A DNA stretch of 64,000 nucleotides, from NCBI GenBank assembly GCA_038230375.1, contig JBBRNJ010000001.1, positions 160,001-224,000 on the forward strand. The letters run 5' to 3'. The DNA comes from Polyangiales bacterium (lineage in GTDB: Bacteria > Myxococcota_A > Polyangia > Polyangiales > Polyangiaceae). Numbering within the stretch: position 1 is the first letter of the stretch; each line of letters starts with the position of its first letter. Below, one piece after another: positions 39,889-50,058 of the stretch. The notes beneath the pieces are model-generated. The model saw only the letters and a program-made list of their open reading frames with translations, had not been told where the DNA came from and did no database searches. Made by a program: the position numbers and the translations under genes.

Positions 39889-41169
39889 TCAGAAGCGGCC
39901 GTCGAGCGCGCACTCGAGCGACCGTCCCGTACGTGGCGTTGCCGCGATGCGCGACGGGGGCGCACCTGCCTTGTCGGCGACGGGACCTTCGGTCGCATAC
40001 AGGACGCCCGTCTTGTATCCGAGCGACGTTGCGCGCGACAACGCGTCCTCCTTCTTGCCGAACAGTCCGTAGAGCCACTGCGCCTTGGCTTGCGCGTAGC
40101 CTTCGTGTGCGGCTGCCGGTCCGGTACGACAACGATGAAGCGGGTCGTCGTAGATCGCGGCAAGCGGCTGATTTTCCGGGACTGCAACGACGTAGGCCGT
40201 GCCGAGGCGTGCTGGCTCCGTGGTGAACCCATCTGCGTCGATTCGCGCGCGGAGCGTGAGCTGCGGTGGGGAGAAGCCAAATGTGGAGGCGTCCTTTCGC
40301 TGGCAGAGCGCGCCGCGTTCGAGCTCCTGATGATGAACTGACAGGAACGCCACGCCACCATCGATCGGGTACCAGCCGGAGCCGCCGAGCCCAACCTCGC
40401 GTCGCTTGACGCCCGCGAGCGGTGGGAGATCGCGGCTCAGCTCGTCGATACGACCGAGGACTCCGAATGTGCCGCTGCCCCCGGTCGACAGTGTGAGCTT
40501 GCCAGCAGGCGCACCGACGACGAAGCTCACGACGTTCGTAAATTGAGCACGCGACATGGCGAGCGCACCAGTCGTGAGCTCCGGGGCCATCGAGACGTCC
40601 ACCGAAGTGAGGGGCGCGTCGTGAGGCGGCGGGAGCTTCTGGAGCGGCTCTACCAGCTCCAGTGTTGCGTCGACCGCGCCGAGCGCGACGGGAGCGGAGA
40701 CCAGCGTGAGGTCTGCGCCCGCGCAGGCCGCGCCCAGAAAGCCAAGGTAAGCGCGCATCGGAGCGGTGGGTGTGTCGCGCCCGAGCAGCGTGGCGACGAA
40801 GATGGGTCCGTGCGCTCCAACGCTCGCGGTCGTTGCGATCGAGCGGACCATGTAGTGCTTGTGGATCTCGGCGAGGAACCGCGGGAGCTGTGCGACGTCG
40901 CTGCGATATATCGGCCGCTGATCGAACGCCATGCGCGAGCCGCCGGTCACCTCCGCGAGGAACGCAGCTGCCTCGGGAGGCGCAGGCACGCAGGCATCTG
41001 CATGTGGAGCCGCGGTGGCCGTCGTTGCAGCGTTCGCCACGGCGGACGACACGGGCTCGGAGGCGGAGGCAGACGCACGCGGCGCGCGTTCGGGCTCTTT
41101 TTGCGGCCCCCCGCAGGCCCCGACGCAGACGACACAAGCGAACACGGACAAGGTCCGGAGAACGAGCAT
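39889..41169 (-). CDS. Hypothetical lipoprotein
   Basis: Lipobox VGAC, Ala/Pro linker. Confidence 0.6.
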   Translation of the reverse strand: MLVLRTLSVFACVVCVGACGGPQKEPERAPRASASASEPVSSAVANAATTATAAPHADACVPAPPEAAAFLAEVTGGSRMAFDQRPIYRSDVAQLPRFLAEIHKHYMVRSIATTASVGAHGPIFVATLLGRDTPTAPMRAYLGFLGAACAGADLTLVSAPVALGAVDATLELVEPLQKLPPPHDAPLTSVDVSMAPELTTGALAMSRAQFTNVVSFVVGAPAGKLTLSTGGSGTFGVLGRIDELSRDLPPLAGVKRREVGLGGSGWYPIDGGVAFLSVHHQELERGALCQRKDASTFGFSPPQLTLRARIDADGFTTEPARLGTAYVVAVPENQPLAAIYDDPLHRCRTGPAAAHEGYAQAKAQWLYGLFGKKEDALSRATSLGYKTGVLYATEGPVADKAGAPPSRIAATPRTGRSLECALDGRF

Positions 41170-41189
41170 GAGGAGAGGATATCGCTCTT

Positions 41190-41714
41190 CTAGCTGACCG
41201 CCGCTTCAAAGGACGGCGCGTGCGCGTGCCTCTTGCGGGGCACCGTCGCAATTCCCTCCTGTGGGAGTGCGAGCAACGTGCGCAGCTCACCCACGGTCAT
41301 GGCAAGCAGATCGTTGTAGTTTGCATCGATCGCCCACAGCACGCGCCCGCGTTTGCTTGCGCGGAATGCGGCGAGCGCGCGCCTGAATGCGCCGAAGAAC
41401 CCGAGCATCATCCCGGACGTGATGATGCCACCGACGTAGAGGCCGACCTTGCGCAGGCCGCCGCGGGCCTCCCATGCGGAGATCTCGCCTTCACCTACGA
41501 GGTCCGTGCCAAACCCGGTGGCCACGTGGTGCAGGTCGTGCAGCATGATCGCCCACCTATGCGTGGGGGTGTTGGGGACGGAGAACTTCACGCCCAGGAA
41601 CGACGCGGGGGTCGTCTTCTTGTCGTACTCCTCACGCGTGAAGCCGTTTTCGCGCAGGTATTCGTCGAGTGCGCGAGCCACGGTCCACGCTGCGGGATAC
41701 GGCATGTCGCTCAT
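41190..41714 (-). CDS. Coq4-like metal-binding protein
   Basis: HDLHHVATG…GEGE matches the Coq4 HDxxH-x-E motif. Confidence 0.6.
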   Translation of the reverse strand: MSDMPYPAAWTVARALDEYLRENGFTREEYDKKTTPASFLGVKFSVPNTPTHRWAIMLHDLHHVATGFGTDLVGEGEISAWEARGGLRKVGLYVGGIITSGMMLGFFGAFRRALAAFRASKRGRVLWAIDANYNDLLAMTVGELRTLLALPQEGIATVPRKRHAHAPSFEAAVS

Positions 41715-41893
41715 CGTCGGAGCCTAGGGCCGGACGTCCTCGGAGTGAAGGGCGTGAACGCCATATCCTGGAAGGCCTTCGCCGCCCGTTCCTCGGCTGA
41801 GCAACCGGAAACATAGGTGACACTTTAGACCGGGCACATGGGCGAACGTCTCCGTTGCGCGGACTGGGCCTCCCGCCCTGGGCGTCAGAAACG

Positions 41894-41974
41894 TTCACCT
41901 CCCAGGTGTACGGCGCGCCATGAAATGCCGACAAAACCGCAAATTCACCCGAAATTATACACCTGGTGGGTGTA
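41894..41974. promoter_or_regulatory. Two operator-like palindromes T(A/T)CACC-N5-GGTGTA
   Basis: ttcacctcccaggtgta (41894-41910) and tacacctggtgggtgta (41958-41974) in an AT-richer intergenic region. Confidence 0.45.
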
Positions 41975-42065
41975 CTCGGTTTTTGGTGATTCACGAGACG
42001 GGTGGCCAAGGGAGGCGCGGCGGTCGCCATACGGTGCCACCAGAGCAGGTCGCTCATCGGTCAGT

Positions 42066-42085
42066 GTCGACCTCGACTTCGACCT
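42066..42085. repeat. Short (CGACYT)n repeat
   Basis: gtcgacctcgacttcgacct immediately after the 42088 stop codon. Confidence 0.5.
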
Positions 42086-42087
42086 TC

Positions 42088-43167
42088 TCACATCTTCCGG
42101 TCGCGGCCTGCCCAGCCCATGCTGATACTGAGCACCGGCTCTGCGTCGTGTGTGAGCCACGTGGACGAGAGATTGATCGATATCGGGCGCACGCGGACCT
42201 CCGGCATCGTGAGATCCTGCGCGGCGTTTCCGTTGCCGATCAGCGAGCCCAGGACGGACTCCTTCGTCTTCGGCTGCTCCTCGGCCGGGAACACATTGAC
42301 GGCGGCGCTCTCCACGCGCGCCATCTCGCCCACGCCCTTCTCCGCGTGCAACGTCACGCGCACGAAGCCGCACTGGCTTCCCTCTGTCACGCCGCTGGGC
42401 GTGTGAACCATGAGCGGCATCTGGCGGGACCGCGCGATCGCGCGCGCATTGGTGAAGTCCGATGGATCGATCGGCTTGTCGTCGTCCGGCGCATGCCTGC
42501 GCACCACCAGCTGCACGTGGGTGCGCTCCTGCGCGGCATAGATGGTGAGGTCACCCGGCGCCTCGCCGACCTTCTTCAGCGCGAGCGAGGCACGCCCGAT
42601 GAGGCGAACGCCCATCGTCGTGGGATCCACCCACGCGTCCACGGTCTCGAGCTTCGCCTCCCCGTTCTCGATCACAAAGCGTTCGCGATGCACCGGCGTC
42701 ACGTCACTCGGCGCGTTGCGCCCGGCCCCGCGGCGGTGCTCCGCCGACTCGAAGTGAGGAGCAAGCTGGACGAGCGGCTGCAGCGACGGACTCCACTCCG
42801 CGGGGCCGCCCTCCTGGTCGATGTCGACGTCGACGGCGCGGTCGGAGAAGCATTCGTCCATTCCGTTGTCGAAGCCGGAGAATCCGCGCCCACTGCCCAT
42901 CTCGCGCGCGGTCTCCTCCTTGGTGAAGAGCATGATGAACTGTCGGTTCATCATCTTCATCTTGCCCTCGGCCGGCGGACGCACGGGGTAGAACCCCGGC
43001 ACCTTGCTATTCGCTGGAATCCGATCGGGCGCCTTTGCAGCCGGGAACTGCGTGATGGTCCCCGTGGGAAGGCCGGCCACGCGCAACGTGTCAGCACTGG
43101 CGCGCTCCTCTGGAACGAAGCAGGCGACGGCGACGAGAGAGACCAGAAGGAGCTTCTTGTTCATCAT
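42088..43167 (-). CDS. Hypothetical secreted protein
   Basis: MMNKKLLLVSLVAVAC signal; 8 bp downstream of the cytochrome gene. Confidence 0.65.
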   Translation of the reverse strand: MMNKKLLLVSLVAVACFVPEERASADTLRVAGLPTGTITQFPAAKAPDRIPANSKVPGFYPVRPPAEGKMKMMNRQFIMLFTKEETAREMGSGRGFSGFDNGMDECFSDRAVDVDIDQEGGPAEWSPSLQPLVQLAPHFESAEHRRGAGRNAPSDVTPVHRERFVIENGEAKLETVDAWVDPTTMGVRLIGRASLALKKVGEAPGDLTIYAAQERTHVQLVVRRHAPDDDKPIDPSDFTNARAIARSRQMPLMVHTPSGVTEGSQCGFVRVTLHAEKGVGEMARVESAAVNVFPAEEQPKTKESVLGSLIGNGNAAQDLTMPEVRVRPISINLSSTWLTHDAEPVLSISMGWAGRDRKM

Positions 43168-43175
43168 GGCGTGCC

Positions 43176-45239
43176 TCACAGGGTCCTCAGGTAGCTCTCG
43201 AGCGAATCCAGGTCGTCGTCCTTGAGATGAGAGGTCTTGCCCATCTTGCCGTCCACGCCGCGGAGCAGCGCGCCCAGCGTCTTGTAGCGACCATCGTGGA
43301 ACCACGGGCCCGCGCCGCCCACGCCGCGCAGTGAAGGCGTGTTGAAGTCGCCCTTGCGATCGGCGGTGGCCTTGCTCTTCACGTCGTGCTGCATGCCATC
43401 CGCGAAGTTCGTGTCCGGCGTGTGGCACGTGGAGCACTGCGTCTCGGCGGACATGAAGATCTGCTTGCCGCGCGCCACCTTCGGGTCGGCCGGTGCATGA
43501 TTGGCGGCGGCGTTCGGAGGCGCCATCGTCGTGATGTACGCGACGATCGCGTCCAGCTCCAGGCTGCGAAGACCTGCGCCGTCCAGCCTGTCGAACGTGG
43601 TGGCCAGGTGCTCGCGCAGTGTGTGCTCGGGATTGCTCCAGGAGTACGGCGGCTGGCCGACGCGGCCTGCGAGCAGGATGGTGCGGCGCGGCCCGTCGGG
43701 CGTGGCCCACGTGATGGCGTCGTCGCGACCGTCCGGATGACAGCTCGCGCACGCGCGCCCATCCTTCGCGATGCGGTTGTCACCGGCAGCGTGGAAGAGG
43801 AGGCGGCCCATGGCGATCTCGGCGGAGATCTTCTTCGGCGCGTCGGGCAGCTCGATCCGTGCTGATTTCTCGCGCGGATTCGTCTTGGCGCTCGACATCT
43901 GCGGCGCACCGAGATCGATCACATTGATGATGCGGTCGAACTGCGACCACACCACCGCTCGCTTCGCGGCCACGTCCACGGCGATGCCAGTGGGGCCAGC
44001 GCCCACTCCCCAGCGGCGCTTCTCTGCACGCACCGGGCTCGCAGCGGCCGCGTCGTACTCGACCACGTCGTCGATGCCGAAGCACGTGACCAGCAGGCTC
44101 TTGCCGTTCGGGTCCACCGCGGCGGCCCGCGGCAAGAGACATGGCTCGTGGTGGTCGCGCGGGTCATCTGTGCCGCCCATGAACATCCGATCGCGCTCGA
44201 ACGCGAGCGACGTGTCCAGTGCGCTGCCGGTCGCGTCATCGATGACGGCGACGTTCGGCGCCTCGGTGGGGGAGTCGTCGTCACCGTAGCCTTCGGCGCG
44301 CTGGTTCGGATCGCCAGAGTCCACGAACACCTGCGGCGCAAGCACACGCCCCTTCGGGTCCATCGTCTTCGCAAGCGCGTAGCCCTGACAGGAGATCCGC
44401 CCGGTCTCCTCTTCCTTTGCCTGCGCGTCCTTCTCCATCTCCTTGATGCGCTGCTCCATCTCCGGCGTGACCTTGACGCCAGCGGCCTTCAGGCGCTTCG
44501 GGCTGAACCGAGAGGCGCGGCTCCGCGTCGCGATCATGGGGTCCTTGCCCCGCATGATGAGCTCCTTGGCCGTTCCCTGTGAGAGGTCGACCACGCTCAT
44601 GTGCGAGCCCACGGCATGCGAGACGAACGCCGTCTTTCCATCATCGCCGATCACCACGGCGCGTGGCTCACGCGGCAAGCGCACGTCGCTCTTCTTCACG
44701 AGCGACACCGCATCCAGGATGGAGAGTGTTCGTCCCCATGCAGATGTCACGAGCAGGCTCTTCCCGTCCGGGGTGACCGCCATGGCGAACGGCTCTTCTG
44801 CCACTGCCGCAGCACACGCAGGCGCGAGCGGCCTGTCCGCGGCGCCCGGAGTGAAGGCAACGACGCGAGCCTTGTCGCGCATGACGACGACGAGCTTCCC
44901 ATCCTTCGTCATGATCATGTGGCCCGGCACGCCATCCACGGGCGTGCTTGCGAGCTGTTTCTTGGAGTCCACGTCGACCGTGAGGATGGCGTGCACGTCC
45001 TCGTCGGAGACGTACGCGATCTTCTTGCCGCTGATCTCTGCGAGGACGATGGTGGAGCTCGAACCCGTCGGAGACGTCGCCTGCGCAACGGCGCCGACCG
45101 TCGCAACGCATGCTGGCCCCGCGACCTGCGTGGCGACCATCGGTGCCTCGGGCGCCTTGCCCTGCTGCGCGGCTCCACCGCACGCCGCTGCAAGTCCCGT
45201 CGCCACGACCAGCGCCACATTCCGTTTCCACATCGACAT
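43176..45239 (-). CDS. YVTN/YncE beta-propeller plus di-heme cytochrome c peroxidase (MauG-like) lipoprotein
   Basis: Lipobox AAAC; propeller blades (PFAMAVTPDG, GPTGIAVD); CASCH, CSTCH, FNTPSLRG, PWFHDG. Confidence 0.85.
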   Translation of the reverse strand: MSMWKRNVALVVATGLAAACGGAAQQGKAPEAPMVATQVAGPACVATVGAVAQATSPTGSSSTIVLAEISGKKIAYVSDEDVHAILTVDVDSKKQLASTPVDGVPGHMIMTKDGKLVVVMRDKARVVAFTPGAADRPLAPACAAAVAEEPFAMAVTPDGKSLLVTSAWGRTLSILDAVSLVKKSDVRLPREPRAVVIGDDGKTAFVSHAVGSHMSVVDLSQGTAKELIMRGKDPMIATRSRASRFSPKRLKAAGVKVTPEMEQRIKEMEKDAQAKEEETGRISCQGYALAKTMDPKGRVLAPQVFVDSGDPNQRAEGYGDDDSPTEAPNVAVIDDATGSALDTSLAFERDRMFMGGTDDPRDHHEPCLLPRAAAVDPNGKSLLVTCFGIDDVVEYDAAAASPVRAEKRRWGVGAGPTGIAVDVAAKRAVVWSQFDRIINVIDLGAPQMSSAKTNPREKSARIELPDAPKKISAEIAMGRLLFHAAGDNRIAKDGRACASCHPDGRDDAITWATPDGPRRTILLAGRVGQPPYSWSNPEHTLREHLATTFDRLDGAGLRSLELDAIVAYITTMAPPNAAANHAPADPKVARGKQIFMSAETQCSTCHTPDTNFADGMQHDVKSKATADRKGDFNTPSLRGVGGAGPWFHDGRYKTLGALLRGVDGKMGKTSHLKDDDLDSLESYLRTL

Positions 45240-45279
45240 GGGATCCCTCCGAGCACCCAATGATGCCAGAAGTGGATAC

Positions 45280-45294
45280 GCAACCGCTGCGCCA
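45280..45294 (-). promoter_or_regulatory. Sigma54 promoter
   Basis: Minus strand TGGCGCAGCGGTTGC = GG-N10-GC, ~40 bp upstream of ATG 45239. Confidence 0.55.
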
Positions 45295-45364
45295 GTTCTT
45301 CCTCACCTACATGTCGACGCTCATCGGGCGCATATTCCATGCAGTGTGCAGCTACCCATGCCAC

Positions 45365-46693
45365 TCAGTGTCTGGCGACGGCCTTCTTCAACGTCTCATC
45401 GAAGAGCGCGTTCGGCTGGGCCCCCACGACGCGATGGCCATCGAAGAACGACGTGGGCGTGCCTCGCGCGCCGAGCTTGTCGGCGAGCGCCTCGTCCGCG
45501 CGCAGGGTCTCCAGCGTGGACGCAGACTCCATGTCGCGGTGGAGCCGCACCACATCCAGGCCCACCTCCTGTGCGACGCGGTCCAGGGCCGCAGCGCTGC
45601 GATCCATGCGCTCGGCGAACGCCTTCTCCATGAACGCCGGGAGCTTGTCCTGCGCGTCCGCGGCGATCGCTGCCTGGGCCCACGTCCGCGCATTCGGGTG
45701 CATGGCCAACGGCCTCTGCCTGACCACGACCTTCACGTCGGGATGCGACGTGACGAAGCCACGTAGCTGTCCATCGAGGCGCGCGCAGAACGGACACTCG
45801 AGATCCGTGAAGAGCACGATGGTGTGATGCGCGCGCTTGTCACCAGCCATGTGAAGGCCACCAACACCTACGGCATCTGCCACGAACGTGTCTTCCGCCA
45901 CCTCCCCATCGCCGGGCGGCGGCGGATTCTTGCGCGCCTCCTGCATGAGCGCGCCATAGAGATCCTTTCGTGCGACGCCCGACTCCAGCAGCTCGTTCGC
46001 GTGCACGAGCTCGTCGTCGATCATCGTGCGGAACGTCTCGATCGGCTGAGCGCCGGTGATGGCGCGGCCATTGACGAAGAACGTGGGTGTGCCCGTCGCG
46101 TGCACTCCGCGCGCCAGCGCCTGGCTCTTTTCCAGGCCCTTCTTTGCGCGCGTCTGGCTCGCCTGCGACCGCATGAAGGAGGCCATTCCGAGCTTCGCTC
46201 CCAGCGCCGCGAGATCGTCGTCGGAATGCTTGCGTGGCTCCGCGAACAGCAGCGTGTGCGCCTGCTCGAACACACCTGCCTCGCTCGCAATGAGCGCGAA
46301 GGTCGCGATGTCGTCCGCGCGCTCGTGCATTGGCAAGGGTGACTCCGCAACGAAGACGCGAAGATCGCGGCCGTAGGTACGCCGCAGCGTCTGCACGGTG
46401 GCCTCTGCGCGCACGCAGTATGGACACTCGTAGTCCGTCATCTCCACGAGCGTCACCTTGGCGTCCGTCGCACCCATCATTGGAAGGCCGTCGACCAGCA
46501 CCTCGCTCCGATAGATCTTCGGCGCCTCCTTCTTCTGCGCGTCCTTCACCGGCGATGGCGCCTGCGCTGGCGCGATGTCCTGCGGTGCCGCAAAAGCGGG
46601 CGCGTCCTCGCGCGCGGCCGGGTCTTCCGTCTTCTGTCCGCAGCTAAGGGCCAGCGTGCTGGCGAGCGCCCAGGCGATCGAGTTCTTCGTCAT
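45365..46693 (-). CDS. DsbA/thioredoxin_4 lipoprotein with two CxxC domains
   Basis: DYECPYC and DLECPFC, each followed by GTPT cis-Pro loops. Confidence 0.9.
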   Translation of the reverse strand: MTKNSIAWALASTLALSCGQKTEDPAAREDAPAFAAPQDIAPAQAPSPVKDAQKKEAPKIYRSEVLVDGLPMMGATDAKVTLVEMTDYECPYCVRAEATVQTLRRTYGRDLRVFVAESPLPMHERADDIATFALIASEAGVFEQAHTLLFAEPRKHSDDDLAALGAKLGMASFMRSQASQTRAKKGLEKSQALARGVHATGTPTFFVNGRAITGAQPIETFRTMIDDELVHANELLESGVARKDLYGALMQEARKNPPPPGDGEVAEDTFVADAVGVGGLHMAGDKRAHHTIVLFTDLECPFCARLDGQLRGFVTSHPDVKVVVRQRPLAMHPNARTWAQAAIAADAQDKLPAFMEKAFAERMDRSAAALDRVAQEVGLDVVRLHRDMESASTLETLRADEALADKLGARGTPTSFFDGHRVVGAQPNALFDETLKKAVARH

Positions 46694-46708
46694 GTTGCCT
46701 CCGCAGGC

Positions 46709-47293
46709 TCATGGCCTGTCGTCGGCACAAGTTACGAAGTCTCCGCAGCCACAGATCGCATCCCCCACGCCCGCCACGGAGGCAGCCGAGATGAGTCGCG
46801 CGCCTCCCGAGCCAACCAGGGCAATGCTCTCGAGAGGCGCATCGCATGAACCAGGCGCAGCATGCGATGCGACGGGCATGCTCGCCGGCAACGCCTCGCA
46901 CGTGAGCCCGAAGAACGACGCAGGGCCGCACGTACCGCGGTCACCCTCGGGCTCACCCGACATGGAGAGCGAGATCGCAGGCGGGCGTTCGGACGGCGGC
47001 GCGTCGGTGTGAACACGTTCGCCGTGAACACCAGACCCCCACGCGACAAGGACGAAGAGCCCAGCGGCGGCATGCAGCATGGCCACTGGTGCCACCGTGG
47101 TGGCCAACGCCCGGTAGACGCGCTTCAGCGAGCCGCCGGGAAGGAGCGAAACGGCGCGCACGCATCGCCGCGTTTCACCGCGAGCGATCACCGCGTCGAC
47201 GGATGGCAGCGCAGGGAGCTCCATGCGCTGGGCGCGCTCGCGGAACAGGTCGCGCTCGAACGAGTCGTCGTCCATCGAGAGCCTGCCGTTCAT
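46709..47293 (-). CDS. Putative membrane-anchored anti-sigma factor with Cys-rich C-terminus
   Basis: Single TM helix; translationally coupled (ATGA) to the ECF sigma gene. Confidence 0.5.
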   Translation of the reverse strand: MNGRLSMDDDSFERDLFRERAQRMELPALPSVDAVIARGETRRCVRAVSLLPGGSLKRVYRALATTVAPVAMLHAAAGLFVLVAWGSGVHGERVHTDAPPSERPPAISLSMSGEPEGDRGTCGPASFFGLTCEALPASMPVASHAAPGSCDAPLESIALVGSGGARLISAASVAGVGDAICGCGDFVTCADDRP

Positions 47294-47907
47294 CGACCAC
47301 CTCGGCTGCTTGCGCGCTCTGCGTCGCGCTCGTAGGCGGCGAGCGTCTCCCGCAGGATCTCGCGGCCGCGGAAGATCTCGACCTTGACCTTTGCAAGCGA
47401 GAAGCCCATGAGCGTGGCGATGTCCGCGTACTCGAGTCCATGGTCCAGCGCCATCAGCAGCATGGCCCGGCGATCCTCGGACAGCGTGGCCAGAGCGCCA
47501 TCCACGACCGAGAGCGCCTCGCGATCGAGCAGCTCCCCCTCTGGTGACTGAGCACGCGGACACGGCGCGTGCCTGGCCTGGTCGTCGTCATCCTCGGTGA
47601 ACACCCGGCCGCGCCGGGCACGTGCCTTTCGCAGCTCCAGCGACACGTTGCGTGCAACCCCAAAGAGCCACGGCACGGCCCGCTCCACCTCGCGCACGAT
47701 CTCAGGATGTGCATAGGCCCGCACGAACGTCTCCTGCGTCGCGTCGGTCGCGAGCGCGGCGTCGCCGAGCAAGTCGCGCAGGAAGCGATGGATCCGGGGC
47801 GCGTGCTTCTCGTAGAGGAACGTGAACGCCGCTCGATCCTCCGTTTCCATATCCCGCGCCGCGCCGAGAGCGAGCGAGGCAGAAAGGACGTCAGGAAGCG
47901 TGGCCAC
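47290..47907 (-). CDS. ECF RNA polymerase sigma factor
   Basis: Region 2 DATQETFVRA…WLFGVARN; region 4 GLEYADIA…VKVEIFRGR. Confidence 0.92.
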   Translation of the reverse strand: MATLPDVLSASLALGAARDMETEDRAAFTFLYEKHAPRIHRFLRDLLGDAALATDATQETFVRAYAHPEIVREVERAVPWLFGVARNVSLELRKARARRGRVFTEDDDDQARHAPCPRAQSPEGELLDREALSVVDGALATLSEDRRAMLLMALDHGLEYADIATLMGFSLAKVKVEIFRGREILRETLAAYERDAERASSRGGR

Positions 47908-47955
47908 GAGGGTACCTGGCGAGGCGAACCGCCGAGTTACAAGAAATGTTCCGGG

Positions 47956-48864
47956 CTACTCCTTTTTCGGGGTCGTCTCGGATGCCTTCGGCGCGGGCGC
48001 CGGCTTCTTCTCTTCCTCGTCTGCCTCTTCGTTGGCGAGCGCCGCAGTGTGCGCGGCCGCTGCCTTGATCTTCTGCTCGGCGGCGCCGATGCGATCGCTC
48101 TTCTCCTTCTGCGTCTTGCCCGCAATGCCTCCACCGGTGAGGCCGATGACAAGCGACACGACCCAGAGCGCGCGGTTTCCTAGCAAGAGCGCCATGGAAG
48201 CGATGACCAGCCCAAATTCCATGCAGAGCTGCGCCTTCTCGAAGCCGGACGCAGCGTCGCCGTACGCGTCAAGGATCAGGTCGTAGGCCTCCGCGTCCTC
48301 CTTCGCCTCCTTCATGTCGTGGGCGTACACGTGCATCTTCTTCAAGATGCGCTCTTCGTCTTCCTTGTCGGGCGTGAGCAGGTCCATCAGCTCGCGCGTG
48401 GACACGTCGATCGCTTCCTTGATCTCCGCCGTGTCCTCGTCGTCGGCCTTGCCGCTCTTCGAACGCACGTCGCCCAGCTTCTTGCCGAACTTCTCCATCT
48501 CCGCGCGGTTTGGTGTCACCGCGTGGAGCAGCTCGTAGTCGGCCTGCAGCACACGGTACTTCATGGTCTCGGCCTGCAGCTCCGAGTACTGATTGGACTG
48601 CTCGACGGTGTTGCGAATCAGCTCCGTGCGCGAGGCCCCGACCATCGCGGCGCAGAACGCCAGCATCACGCCGAGCAACGCCATGGTGACGCCGATCGGC
48701 TTCGTGCTCACCTTCTTCGGGGCGTCGGCCTTTGCATCGGTCGCATGCGCGTCCTTCGGGACGTCGACCTTTGCATCGGTCGCATGCGCGTCCTTCGCAG
48801 GCGCCTCCGCGTTCGCCTTCGGGTCCTTCCCGTGCTCGTCCCCACCTTCGTGCTTTTCGCTCAC
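47956..48864 (-). CDS. DUF4337-like membrane protein
   Basis: IGVTMALLGVMLA TM, QAETMK, two C-terminal TMs; GTG start. Confidence 0.65.
   Translation of the reverse strand: MSEKHEGGDEHGKDPKANAEAPAKDAHATDAKVDVPKDAHATDAKADAPKKVSTKPIGVTMALLGVMLAFCAAMVGASRTELIRNTVEQSNQYSELQAETMKYRVLQADYELLHAVTPNRAEMEKFGKKLGDVRSKSGKADDEDTAEIKEAIDVSTRELMDLLTPDKEDEERILKKMHVYAHDMKEAKEDAEAYDLILDAYGDAASGFEKAQLCMEFGLVIASMALLLGNRALWVVSLVIGLTGGGIAGKTQKEKSDRIGAAEQKIKAAAAHTAALANEEADEEEKKPAPAPKASETTPKKE
48729..48797. repeat. Intragenic tandem repeat with 39-bp period (KDAHATDAK x2)
   Basis: cctttgcatcggtcgcatgcgcgtccttcg at 48729 and 48768. Confidence 0.8.
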
Positions 48865-48928
48865 GGGCCGTGTCTTACACCGGTCACGATCTGGCGCGAA
48901 AGAGCCGCGCCACAACCTGACGGCGAAG

Positions 48929-50017
48929 TCACGTATGGGGGGGGATGAACCCGTCGTGGGCGAGTAGCTCCGCCGTGAGGATCGACCCTCCCGCGGCTCC
49001 GCGGACGGTGTTGTGCGAGAGCGTGACGAAGCGGTAGTCGAAGATCGCGTCGCCACGCAGCCGGCCTACGGTGATGCCCATGCCGTTCCCCACGTCGCGG
49101 TCGAGCCGCGTCTGCGGCCGTGAGTCGTCCTCGAAGTACGTGATGAGCGGCGTGGGCGCCGATGGCAGCTTCAACGTCTGCGGCCTGCCCTCGAACGCAC
49201 GCCAGCGACGGATGATCTCCTCATGGGGGACCTTCTTCTCCACGCTGATCGAGACCGCAGCAAGGTGACCGTCCGAGACGGGAACGCGAATGCACTGCGC
49301 CGAGAAGATGGGCGTGCGCGCGGGCACGACAACGCCGTCCACGACGCTGCCCCAGATCTTCAGGGGCTCCTGCTCGCTCTTCTCTTCCTCGCCCTTGATG
49401 AACGGGATGACGTTGTCCACCATCTCTGGCCAGGTCTCGAACGTCTTTCCAGCGCCCGAGATCGCCTGGTACGTGGCGACCACCACTTGCTTCAAGCCCA
49501 GATCGCGCAGCGGATGGAGCGCGGGCAAGTAGCTCTGGAGCGAGCAGTTCGGCTTCACGGCCACGAAGCCGCGCTTCGTACCCAGACGCTGCCGCTGGTG
49601 CTCGATGGCCTGCGCGTGCTCGGAGTTGAGCTCCGGCATCATCATCGGCACATCCGGCGTGGCACGATGCGCCGAGTTGTTGGAGATGACGGGCGTCTCC
49701 GCCTTCGCGTAGGCATCCTCGAGCGCGCGCGTCTCGTCCTTGCTCATGTCCACTGCGCAGAACACGAAGTCCACGCCGTTGGCCACGTTCGCGACGTCGG
49801 ACGCGTCTGCCACGACCAGGTTCGCGACGCCCGCGGGCACCGCGTTGCTCATGGCCCAGCGACCGCGCGTCGCATCCGTGTAGGGCTGACCGGCAGACCT
49901 TGCGCTCGCGGCCACCTTCGTCACCGTGAACCAGGGGTGATTCGCGAGGAGCGACACGAATCGTTGACCCACCATTCCGGTGGCGCCGAGCACCCCGACG
50001 TTGAATCGCTTCGTCAT
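48929..50017 (-). CDS. asd: Aspartate-semialdehyde dehydrogenase (archaeal/eukaryal-like clade)
   Basis: GATGMVGQRF, KPNCS catalytic Cys, QAISGAG, RVPVSDGH, SHNTVRGAAG. Confidence 0.95.
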   Translation of the reverse strand: MTKRFNVGVLGATGMVGQRFVSLLANHPWFTVTKVAASARSAGQPYTDATRGRWAMSNAVPAGVANLVVADASDVANVANGVDFVFCAVDMSKDETRALEDAYAKAETPVISNNSAHRATPDVPMMMPELNSEHAQAIEHQRQRLGTKRGFVAVKPNCSLQSYLPALHPLRDLGLKQVVVATYQAISGAGKTFETWPEMVDNVIPFIKGEEEKSEQEPLKIWGSVVDGVVVPARTPIFSAQCIRVPVSDGHLAAVSISVEKKVPHEEIIRRWRAFEGRPQTLKLPSAPTPLITYFEDDSRPQTRLDRDVGNGMGITVGRLRGDAIFDYRFVTLSHNTVRGAAGGSILTAELLAHDGFIPPHT

Positions 50018-50058
50018 CGTGCGGAGAGTCTAGTTGGCGGCGACGAAAACGGAAAGTT

